DNA from: Squalus acanthias
Taxonomy: Eukaryota
Assembly: GCA_030390025.1 (NCBI GenBank)
Contig: JASTWF010000070.1
Span: 62,001-126,000, forward strand
Direction of reading: 5' to 3'
DNA: 64,000 bases
Under the pieces are notes generated by a model that saw nothing but the letters and a program-made list of their open reading frames with translations, had not been told where the DNA came from and did not search any database. Position 1 is the stretch's first letter, and every line of letters begins with the position of its first letter. Below, one piece after another: positions 38,491 to 49,212 of the stretch. Position numbers and translations under genes: made by a program.

Positions 38491-39342
38491 TTAAACAGGG
38501 CGACCATCGTTACATCCAATTCATGACAAACATGCCCAGTTTGCCAGTCATTAAAGAAGGGTGGTCTGGTGCTCCCCTTACTCTGCCACCTGACTAAGGG
38601 CTCAGTTTCACATTCAGAACAGTATCATGGACACTGCACAAAGTAAAGAGGCTGCCCTAACCCCGACACCTTGAGAGCCTAGAACTGTGTGTAGCCTTTC
38701 ATTTGGGTTTTCCTATATATAGCTCACAGCAGAGAAACAGGTCATTTGACCCAACTGGTCCGTGCCGGTGTTTATGCTCCACATGAGCCTCCCCCCATCC
38801 TACTTCAGCTCACCCGATCTCCATATTCTTCTTTCCCTTTCTCCCTCATGTATTTATCTAACTTCCCCTTAAATGCATCTATGCTCTTCGCCTCAACCAC
38901 TCCCTGTGGTAGCGAGTTCAACATTCTCACCACTCTCTGGGTAAAGCAGTTTCTCCTGAATTCCCTATTGGATTTATTAGTGACTATCTTATATTTATGA
39001 CCTTTAGTTTCGGGCTCCCCCACAAGAGGAAACATCTTCTCTACTTCTATCCTAACGAACCCCTTCATAATCTTAAAGACCTCTATCAGGTCACCTCCTC
39101 AGCCTTCACTTTGCTAGAGAAAAAGGTTCCAGCCTGTTCAATCTTTCCTGATAGTTATAAACTCTCAGTTCCGGTATTATCCTTGTGAATCTTATTTGCA
39201 CCTCCTCCAGGGCCTCTATATCCTTTTTATAATACAACGGGTCATTTTCAGGTTGGCAGGCTGTAACGAATGGGGTACCACAAGGATCAGTGCTTGGGCC
39301 TCAGCTATTCACAATCTACAACAATGATTTGGATGAGGGGAC

Positions 39343-41900
39343 TGTCGTAAGAATGAGCCTTACGCGTGGTGAACTTAAAGTAAGCTTTAATCAACTAAAA
39401 AGGTGCTACATACAAAAGAGGTCTTACTCTATGCCTCTCCAGGATCCAACTGATCAGTCCAGTATTTATCCTGGACTACTCACAGGAAGTGATGCAATAA
39501 AGTTCGAGTCACAGGAAGCTGTATTGTGTTACTACATTATCCCCCCCCCCAAAAGATTAGGAGGCCGGGATGAAGTTCGAGTCACAGGAAGCTGTATTGT
39601 GTTACCACATTCTCCCTCCATTTCGTAGCTGCTGGACGCGGGAGAGCCGCACCCGTTTGGGTTCTCATAGCGGTAGAGGGCCCCTAGCCCGTTTACCCGC
39701 CGCGGGCCGTGGACCAGAGTCCGAGTGATCCAGCCCGCTCTGTGAGGGGTCAGGACGATCCTGACTGTGTGCTGGTGCCCGAACGGGTGTCGGGCAGATC
39801 CGTTTCCGAGCATACGGTACAGGGTGGATCGTGGCTGCGCGTGCGAGCCCCGACAGGCTCATAGTCAGTCTGCCCCAGGTCGGCATGCTGGAGTGAGGTA
39901 CCAGCCGGCGTCAGATCCAGATCGTGATGAGAGGCACCTGGCGAGCCCAGAGATGTGCCTGGTACAATATCATCCCCTGGTGTCCCTCTATGTTTCGGTG
40001 GGCAGGGAGCCAGATCCCGCAATGACACGGTAGATTCCCGACCGTCAGGATACCGAATATAGGCGTAGGTAGGGTTGACGTCAGTGAGCTCAACCTCATC
40101 TACCAGGGGGTCATTCTTAGACGCCCGGACATATCTTCGGAGTAGCACTGGTCCCGGTGCAGTCAGCCACGATGGGAGAGATATCCCATAGGATGAGCGA
40201 TGCTGAAATCGGAAGAACCGTTCATGAGGCGTCGTGTTTGTGGCAGTCGAAAGGAGGGACCGTGTGGAGTGTAATGCGTCTGGAAGTACTGCTTCCCATT
40301 GCTGGTTGGGTAGGCCCCGAGATCTCAAAGCCAGACGTACCGCATTCCAGATGATAGCGTTAAAACGCTCGACTTGCCCATTCCCGACCGGATGATAAGG
40401 CGTCGTTTTGCTGGCAGCAATACCCCGTTCCGAGAGATAGGCCTTGAGTTCTCCTGACATAAAAGAAGGGCCCCGATCCGAATGAACATAGGATGCCATG
40501 CCACAGAAAGCAAATACCTGCTCAAGGCAGCAGATAACCGTGGTCGTCAGCATATTGGGGCAGGGAAAGGCAAACGGAAAACGGGAATACTCATCGACCA
40601 TGGTCAATAGATAAGTGTTGCGAGTTGAAGAGGGCAACGGCCCCTTAAAATCGATGCTAAGCCGTTGCATTGGCTGGGTCGCATGTATGAGTATACCACC
40701 CGAGGGGCGGAAAAACCGAGGTTTCAATTCCGCACAGACTCTGCAGTCCGAGCAAATCTTCTTTACATCCCCGGTAGAGAATGGGAGATTTCGGGACCGC
40801 ACGAAGTGTAGCATGCGACTAACGCCCGGATGACACAACCCATCATGGATGTCTACGAGCATAGAGGGTGCCATGGCGGAGCAGAATGCTCGTGTGAGGG
40901 TATCCGGAGCCACATTCTCCTTGCCAGGTCGATAGTGGATGGTGTAACCAAAAGAGACCAATTCCAGCCGCCAAACCTGGATTTTATTATTTTTAATTTT
41001 GGTCCGTTTTCGATTATCGAGCATGAAGGCGACCGATCGCTGGTCCGTGATTAAGGTAAAGTGCTGGCGAGCTAGGAGATGACTCCACTTCCGTACTGCC
41101 TCTATGATGGCTGTAGCTTCTTTTTGCCAGATCTAGAGAGCAAGCCATGTCATAAGCTCTCTGAAGCTCAAGTGTCTTACTTTCCAGTAGACGCTGGCGT
41201 ATAAATGGGGAGGCAAGCCCGCAGATGAAAGCATCACGGATCATTTCTTCACGGTACAACTCAGCTGAGGCCGCCTTAAAGTTACAGTCCATACTAAGTC
41301 TGCGAAGCTCTTGGAGGAATTTCTCAATGGATTCCTCCGGCCCTTGTTGGGCTGTAGCTAGTAGATGTCTGGCATAGACCTAATTCGGTGTCTTAGTATA
41401 TAGTCTCTTAAGCGTCCGAATTGCCTCCTCGTAACTGTCCCATTCCTCCACATACTGAAATACATTCGGGGTGACACAGTTGATGAGTATCCGCAACTTT
41501 GAGTTATCATCAGCCTTGCAATATTCAAGAAAATTTTCAAATGTGCGATACCAGTGTTTCCACACCTTACCGGCTGCTGGGGTGTTTGGGTCCAAGTCAA
41601 GACGCGATGGTTTAAGGATGTTTTCCATGATGGGTGATTCCCTGGATCCTTAGTTCCGAGTTCGTCCAAAAAGTTTGAGTGCGAAGTTTTCCAAAGTTGA
41701 TTAAATTGTCGTAAGAATGAGCCTTACGCGTGGTGAACTTAAAGTAAGCTTTAATCAACTAAAAAGGTGCTACATACAAAAGAGGTCTTACTCTATGCCT
41801 CTCCAGGATCCAACTGATCAGTCCAGTATTTATCCTGGACTAATCACAGGAAGTGATGCAATAAAGTTCGAGTCACAGGAAGCTGTATTGTGTTACCACA
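39343..41900 (-). mobile_element. Ty3/Gypsy LTR retrotransposon, internally deleted (gag fragment fused to RNase H-integrase; PR/RT missing)
   Basis: 194-bp LTRs at 39343-39536 and 41707-41900 (TG..CA, about 2 differences), 5-bp TSD GGGAC, PPT, gag MENILKPSRLDLDP, integrase HHCC and DDE (IDFKGPLP, HSDRG, GNGQVER). Confidence 0.95.
39750..41024 (-). CDS. Gypsy RNase H C-terminus plus integrase ORF
   Basis: H-x4-HPG..C-x2-C zinc finger, rve core. Confidence 0.9.
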   Translation of the reverse strand: MLDNRKRTKIKNNKIQVWRLELVSFGYTIHYRPGKENVAPDTLTRAFCSAMAPSMLVDIHDGLCHPGVSRMLHFVRSRNLPFSTGDVKKICSDCRVCAELKPRFFRPSGGILIHATQPMQRLSIDFKGPLPSSTRNTYLLTMVDEYSRFPFAFPCPNMLTTTVICCLEQVFAFCGMASYVHSDRGPSFMSGELKAYLSERGIAASKTTPYHPVGNGQVERFNAIIWNAVRLALRSRGLPNQQWEAVLPDALHSTRSLLSTATNTTPHERFFRFQHRSSYGISLPSWLTAPGPVLLRRYVRASKNDPLVDEVELTDVNPTYAYIRYPDGRESTVSLRDLAPCPPKHRGTPGDDIVPGTSLGSPGASHHDLDLTPAGTSLQHADLGQTDYEPVGARTRSHDPPCTVCSETDLPDTRSGTSTQSGSS

Positions 41901-43185
41901 GGGACCAAATGTAATATATCCAAGTTTGCTGATGATACAAAGCTGGGTGGGAATGTAAGTTGTGAGGAGGATGCATAGAAGCTTCAAGGGGATATAGACA
42001 GGCTAAGTAAGTGAGCAAGAACATGGCAAATGGAATATAATGTGGAGAAATGTGAAGTTATCCATTTTGGTAGGAAAAATAGAAAAGCAGAGTATTTTTT
42101 AAATGGTAAGAGATTGGGAAATGTTGATATTCAGAGGGACCTGGGTGTCCTTGTAAACAAATCACTGAAAGTTAACATGCAGGTACAGCAAGCAATTAGG
42201 AAAGCAAATGGTATGTTGGCCTTTATTACAAGAGGATTGGAATATAAGAGTAAAGAAGCCTTACTCAAATTATATAGGGCCCTGGTGAGACCACACCTGG
42301 AGTATTGTGTACAGTTTTGGTCTCCTTACCTAAGGAAGGATATACCTGCCACAGAGGGAGTGCAATGAAGGTTCACCAGACTGATTCCTGGGATGGAGGA
42401 TTGTCCTATGAGGAAAGATTGAGTAGACTAGGCCTATATTCTCTGGAGATTAGAAGAATGAGAGGTGTTCTCATTGAAACATGAACATTTCTTACAGGGC
42501 TTGACAGGGTAGATGCAGGGAGGATGTTTCCCCTGGCTGGGGAGTCTAGAACCAGGGGTCACAGTCTCAGAATAAGGGGTCGGCCATTTAGGACTGAGAT
42601 GAGTAGAAATTTCTTCACTCAGAGGGTGGTAAATCTTTGGAATTCTCTACCTCAGAGGGCTGTGGAGGATCAGTCGTTGAGTATATTCAAGACAGAGATC
42701 GATAGATTTTTGAATATTAAGGCAATCAAGGGATATGGGGATAGTGTGGGAAAGTGGAGATGAGGTAGAAGATCAGCCATGATCTTATTGAATGGCGCAG
42801 CAGACTCGAGGGACCGAATGGCCGACTCCTGCTCCTATTTCTTATGTTCTTATGTTCTTATAATACGGAGAGCAGAACTGTGCACAGTGCTGCAAATGTG
42901 GTCTAACTAATATGAGTTGAAACGAGGGGCGTTTTGCAAAACAGATGCTGTGTGCGTGTGTGTGTCTGTGTGTGAGCACTTCACATGTATAAACAGGAAA
43001 CCCACAGAAAGTTTTCTGCCTCGGCACCGCTTTCCAGTCCAATCGTACATTTATTAATAAACACAGCGCATGATTTCCGCAATTCGCTCTGCATTTCACA
43101 CCTCCCTCGCACCGATATATCGAGAGCCATTTCTCAGCGAGCTGCCGGTCCGTGGCTCAGAGTTTAACCGACTGGGTCACCGGCA

Positions 43186-44716
43186 ATGAGCTTCTTCGGC
43201 CTCTGCACGCTGTGCCATCTCTTCCAAGGTGAGATATCCTTCGATGTTTTAAGAGAGCGGGGAAGGGTTTGGAGAGAGTCAATAAGGAGAAGGATTTTGA
43301 CAGAATCAATAATGAGAAGTGGATTACGCAGTGAGTTGTTGTGATCTGGAATGCGCTGCCTTTAAGGGCGGTGGAAGCAGATTCAATAGTAACTTTCAAA
43401 AGGGAATTGGATAAACTTTTGAAAAGGAAAAAAAAAGTTGCAGGGCTATGGGGAAAGAGCAGGGGGGAGCGGGACTAATTGGAGAGCTCTTTCAAAGTGC
43501 CGGCACAGGCACGATGGGCCGCATGGCCTCCTTCTGTGCTGTAGGATTCTATGTGTAATTTCACAATCAACTTTAACTTTAAAAAAGCAACTAAGATATT
43601 CAGCAAAGTGTAAATTTCAACCAATAACACCACCGCAACTTTGAAGCCGACAAGCGCCTTAAGATGTATTGTTTTGATTTGTCGATATCAACGTATGCCC
43701 GAAAGAGGTTGGCTTTGGGTCCATAACCTGTTGTTAATATGTTTTGTCTCCTTCTCAGTTGTTGTGTCTCAGTCGGTCTTGTTCCAGTCTCCGCCGGTTC
43801 AGACGCTTGCTGTCGGGAGCCTTGTTAAACTGCAATGCCAAACGGGGAGGATGGCGTGTCTGGTTGTGTCCGGCACCGAGAGGAACTACAGCCCGTTCAC
43901 AAAGTGAGCGAATTCGTAAGGCCAGAGGGAAGATTTTCCGGCGAGATATGTAATAAATCGGGTAATTATACTCTGGTCATTGCAAATGTCCAGAGAAATG
44001 ATTCTGGGCTGTATTACTGTGCCGCTCCAAGCCACCCTAACAAGCCCCTAATATTCGGAAATGGCACCAAACTAGTAATTACAGGTAATCTTCACAACTA
44101 TTTCACTCAATTGTGCATTTATACATCAATTAAAACGCGTCTTGTTTAACTGTTAACTCGGCCTCCGTTTTATTTTCCGAATTCAGCGGGTCCCCCGGTT
44201 ATATTTCTCTTAACTCCACCGCCAAATGAAATTTCCTGGACGGAACGGGTGCCCTTGGTGTGTTTGGTGAGAGGCGTGTCTCCCGATTCCCTTCCCGTCC
44301 GCTGGACTGTTTCGGGCCGGGTTACCGAGGGACCGAGCGATTCCGGGACGGTGGACCCGGACGGGGGCTTCACCGTGAGAAGCCACATCAGCGTCTCGGC
44401 GGAAACTTGGAGCAGCGGCGCCGTCTGTACTTGCGCCGTTCCAATCAACTCGGCTGGGGATCTGATCAGTGAAAGTGTTTCACTGAGAGGTAACTGGAGC
44501 TGAGACGAGTTATTACGTGTTAATGATAGTGTTAAACTGCTGCATCAGAACTGTCGCTTTATATCTTAAACTACACTTTGTCTCTCTTTAGTAAAATTTC
44601 AAAAAGTTGCCAATTTTGCAAGCACCTCCAGACTAGAGTGCTCTAACGGAAACTTTAACATCTCTTTTCCTTTGCTGGCCATTTGCTGCATTTATTTCTC
44701 CATGTTTCTTGCCTGA
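43186..44716 (+). pseudogene. Gene 3: non-rearranging leader-VJ-C1-GPI-signal IgSF gene with frameshifted V. Exons: 43186-43228, 43759-44084, 44187-44489, 44592-44716
   Basis: MSFFGLCTLCHLFQ/VVVSQSVLFQSPPVQTLAVGSLVKLQC..(frameshift near 43840-43875)..RFSG..YTLVIANVQRNDSGLYYCAAPSHPNKPLIFGNGTKLVIT/AGPPVIFLLTPPP..PLVCLV..RWTV..DGGFTVRSH..WSSGAVCTCAV../VKFQKVANFASTSRLECSNGNFNISFPLLAICCIYFSMFLA*; V exon is 326 nt (not a multiple of 3). Confidence 0.8.
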
Positions 44717-44754
44717 CTATCTCGCTATCAGTCGCTGCACATCTCCCCTGCTTC

Positions 44755-45275
44755 ATAAGAACATAAGAAATAGGAGCAGGAGTAGGCCATTTGGTCATTC
44801 GAGCCTGCTCCGCCATTCAATAAGATCATGGCTGATCTTCTACCTCATCTCCACTTTCCTGCACTATCCCCATGTCCATTGATTCCCTTAATATCCAAAA
44901 ATCTATCGATCTCTGTCTTGAATATACTCAACGACTGAGCCTCCACAGCCCTCTGGGGCAGAGAATTCCAAAGATTCATCACCCTCTGAGTGAAGAAATT
45001 TCTCCTCAGTCCTAAATGGCCGACTCCTTATTCTGAGACTGTGACCCTTGATTCTAGACTCCCCAGCCAAGGGGAAACATCCTCCCTGCTTCTACCCTAT
45101 CAAGTCCTGTAAGAATTTTGTATGTTTCAATGAGATCACCTCTCATTCATCTAAACTCGAGAGAATATAGGCCTAGTCCACTCAATCTCTCCTCATAGGA
45201 CAATCCCCCCATCCCAGGAACCAGTCTGGTGAACCTTCGTTGCACTCACTCTATGGCAAGTATATCCTTCCTTAG
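44755..45275 (-). mobile_element. CR1 LINE 3' fragment
   Basis: CATAAGAA tail and RT C-terminus. Confidence 0.9.
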
Positions 45276-45934
45276 GTTTTGACGACATGCCCCTATCCAG
45301 ATTCAGACTTTTCCAGTACAGGAGGAGGGTCATTCGGCGCATCGTGCCTGTGATTGCTGTCTGAGAGAATTCTCCTCTTAGTCTCAATCGCTCAGCCTTT
45401 TCCCTTTCACCCATCGCCCTGTACCCTCTCTCTGAAGGTGGCTCTTCTTAGTCCCATTGCCCTACCCATTCTTCATAATTTTTTTTTCTTTTTCAAATAT
45501 TAAATGACATCCTTCTTCAAAACTGCTTCAACGACTATTCCTAATATCCCCTTCTCTGACCCATCAACCGACTGCATTAACGACTGCTAACATCTTCATT
45601 CCTTTTTGTAATGATCTTACATTTATGCTCTTGCCGACTCACGGACCAGTGGAAAATGTCTTTCCTTATCCACTTTACCAAATCCCTGGTAAAACTGAAC
45701 ACCTCTATTAGATTTCCTCTTAACCTTCTCCATTCTAACAGTATCCCCAACCGCGCCTCTTCCTAATTAAGGTCTTTCATCCCTAATATCAACTTGCTGA
45801 ATCCCTTTTGTGCCCCCTCCATGTCTCTGTCTAAATTCTACATAAAGTCTAGCACTAAAGTAAGTGCTCATTTAAAAAATTGATAAATATGCGAGTGAAC
45901 ACTTAACAACCTTTAAGTCTACACAGAATTCAAC

Positions 45935-46915
45935 AACACGTACCTGCATTTATATAGCCCCTTTAACATAGTAAAACGTCCCAAGGCGATTCACAGGAGC
46001 TATTATCAGACACAATTTGACACCGAGCTTCATAAGGAGATATTAGGACAGGTGACCGAAAGCTTGGTCAAAGAGGTCGGTTTTAAGGAGCGTCTTGACG
46101 GAGGAGACAGAGGCAGAGAGGTTTAAGGAGGGAATTCCAGAGCTCGGGGCCCAGGCAGCTGAAACACGGCCGCCAATTGTGGAGCGATGGAAAACGGGGA
46201 TGTGCAAGAGGTCAGAATTGGAGGAGCGCAGAGATCTCGGGGGCGGGGTGGGGGGGGGGGGGGCGGCTGGTAGGGGGTGTAGGTCTGGAGGAGATTACAG
46301 AGATAGGGAGGGACGAGGCCATGGAGGGATTTGAAAATAAGGATGAGGATTTTAAAATCGAATCTTTGCCAGACGGGGAGCCAATGTATGTCAGCGAGCA
46401 CAGGGGGTGATGGGCGAACGGGACTTGGTGTGAGTTAAGATACGGGAAGTAGAGTTTACTTCCTATTATTCTCCTATAGAGCTACTGGATATAAGCAGCC
46501 CAGAACCAAATCCATCCTGAACGACTGCGCTTCCACTACGGGCTATATTGGGAGCACTAATATGGAACGGCAGTATTTTACAAATGGCATGAGTTTGGAA
46601 AGTGTCGATGTACAGAGAGACTTTGATGTCCATATACACAAATCCTTAAAGATGGCAGGGCAAGTTGATAAGGTGGTTATAAAGCATATGCGTTACTCGG
46701 GTTTATATAAGGAGATATTAGGACAGGTGACCAAAAGCTTGGGCAAAGAGGTAGGTTTTAAGGAGCGTCTTAAAGGAGGAGAGAGAGGCGGAGAGGTTTA
46801 GGGAGGGAATTCCAGAGCTCGGGGCCCAGGCAGCTGAAGGCACGGCCGCCAGTGGAGCAAAAATGGAAATCGGGGGATGTGCAAGAGGCCAGAATTGGAG
46901 GAGCGCAGAGATCTC
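45935..46915 (-). mobile_element. L2 LINE fragments (with a short CR1 piece)
   Basis: LADIHWLPVWQRFDFKIL. Confidence 0.8.
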
Positions 46916-46935
46916 AACAACAGGAACAACTTGCA

Positions 46936-48415
46936 TTGCACTGTCGGAGGGGCAGTACTGAGGGAGTGCCGCACTGTCGGAGGGGCAGTACTGAGGGAGC
47001 GCCGCACTGTCGGAGGGGTAGACTGAGGGAGCGCCGCACTGTCGGAGGGGCGGTACTGAGGGAGTGCCGCACTGTCGGAGGGGCAGTACTGAGGGGGCGC
47101 CGCACTGTCGGAGGGGCAGTACTGAGGGAGCGCCGCACTGTTGGAGGGGCAGTACTGAGGGAGGCCCGCACTGTCGGAGGGGCAGTACTGAGGGAACGCC
47201 GCACTGTCGGAGGGGCAGTACTGAGGGAGCGCCGCACTGTCGGAGGGGCAGTACTGAGGGAGCGCTGCACTGTCGTTGGGACGGTACTGAGGGAACGGTG
47301 CACTGTCGGAGGGGCAGTACTGAGGGTGCACCGTCGGAGGGGCAGTACTGAGGGTGCACCGCACTATCGGAGGGGCAGCACTGAGGGAGTGCCGCACTGT
47401 TGGAGAGGCAGTACTGAGGGAGCGCCGCACTGTCGGAGGGGCAGTACTGAGGAAGTGCCGCACTGTCGAAGGGGCAGTACTGAGGGAGTGCCGCACTGTC
47501 GGAGGGGCAGTACCGAGGGAGGGCCGCACTGTCGGAGGGGCAGTACTGAGGGAGTGCCGCACTGTCGGAGGGGTAGACTGAGGGAGCGCCGCACTGTCGG
47601 AGGGGCAGCACTGAGGGAGCGCCGTACTCTCGGAGGGGCAGTACTGAGGGAGGGCCGCACTGTCGGAGGGGCAGTACTGAGGGAGCGCCGCATTGTCGGA
47701 GGGGCAGTACTGAGGGAGTGCCGCACTGTCGGAGGGGCAGTACTGAGGGAGCGCCGCACTGTCGGAAGGGTAGACTGAGGGAGCGCCGCACTGTCGGAGG
47801 AGCGGTACTGAGGGAGTGCCGCACTGTCGGAGGTGCAGTACTGAGGGGGCGCCGCACTGTCGGAGGGGCAGTACTGAGGGAGCGCCGCACTGTCGGAGGG
47901 GCAGTACTGAGGGAGGCCCGCACTGTCGGAGGGGCAGTACTGAGGGAGCGCTGCACTGTCGTTGGGACGGTACTGAGGGAACGGTGCACTGTCGGAGGGG
48001 CAGTACTGAGGGTGCACCGTCGGAGGGGCAGTACTGAGGGTGCACCGCACTATCGGAGGGGCAGCACTGAGGGAGTGCCGCACTGTTGCAGAGGCAGTAC
48101 TGAGGGAGCGCCGCACTGTCGGAGGGGCAGTACTGAGGAAGTGCCGCACTGTCGGAGGGGCAGTACTGAGGGAGGCCCGCACTGTCGGAGGGGCAGTACT
48201 GAGGGAGTGCCGCACTGTCGGAGGGGCAGTACTGAGGGAGTGCCGCACTGTCGGAGGGGCAGTACTGAGGGAGCGCTGCACTGTCGGAGGGGCAGTACTG
48301 AGGGAGTGCCGCACTGTCGGAGGTGGAGAACTGAGGTAGCGCCGCACTGTCGGAGGGGCGGTACTGAGCCATCGCCGCACTGTCGGAGAGGCGGTACTGA
48401 GGGTGTGCCGCACTG
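46936..48415 (+). repeat. 33-bp minisatellite (GCACTGTCGGAGGGGCAGTACTGAGGGAGCGCC)n expanded from inside a Deu-SINE
   Basis: About 45 units running directly into the SINE body at 48416-48745. Confidence 0.95.
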
Positions 48416-49212
48416 TCATAAATGCTGTCTTTCGGATGAGACATTAAACCGAGGCCCCGTCTGCCCTCTCAGGTGGACGTAAAAGATACCGCGGCCACTA
48501 TTTCGAAGAAGAGCAGGGGGAGTTCTCCCCGGTGTCCTGGGGCCAATATTTATCCCTCCATCAACATCACTAAAACAGATGATCTGCTCATTCTCACATT
48601 GCTGTTTGTGGGAGCTTGCTGTGCACAAATTTGCTGCCGCGTTTCCTACATTACAACAGTGACAACACTTTAAAAAGTACTTCATTGGCTGTAAAGCGCT
48701 TTGGGACATCTGGTGGTCGCTGTATAAATGCAAGACTCTCTCTTCCTTTCGTCTTTTTCCACTTATACGCTGCTGCTCGGGGAATGATTGAAATGACTTC
48801 AAACAGACTGTTTGTAAGAGATTTAACGGGAAACTCACCAACCTGTTGTGGAGCGAGGTGCCGCTCTCTATTCCGGACTGTTTTGCCCCTGAGTTTTGCG
48901 ACTGCTCATGATGCCTGGTGACACCATGTGTGTGTGTATTTCAAACTGCTGCCTGCTCCCAGCCCCTTCCCCCCTTTGCTCTCTTCTCTTCCCCTCTCCT
49001 GCCTGAGCTTTGCTTCCACTGGACTTGTAGCTGGAGTCAGTCTCCGCCTTCTTGGAGCGGGCTGATTGGAGGAAGGGTGAAGAAAGGGGCCTCTTGTTTT
49101 CCGAGGATCAGCCGAGGGAGGAAGCTGCCGTTTAAAGGGGCATGGTCCTCCTCCTCCCCAGGACTGCCCCTCTCTGTTTCAAAGAGGTGCGCCCACTGCA
49201 GCACGATCCCTG

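Larger units (their letters stand above)
39236..42858 (+). mobile_element. CR1 LINE RT region interrupted by the LTR element
   Basis: [16 protein letters not shown] before the insertion, KCNISKFADDTK after it. Confidence 0.9.

Noticed and set aside
46718-48482. Long ORFs of 250-550 aa on both strands
   Set aside because: Translations of the 33-bp minisatellite, which lacks stops in several frames
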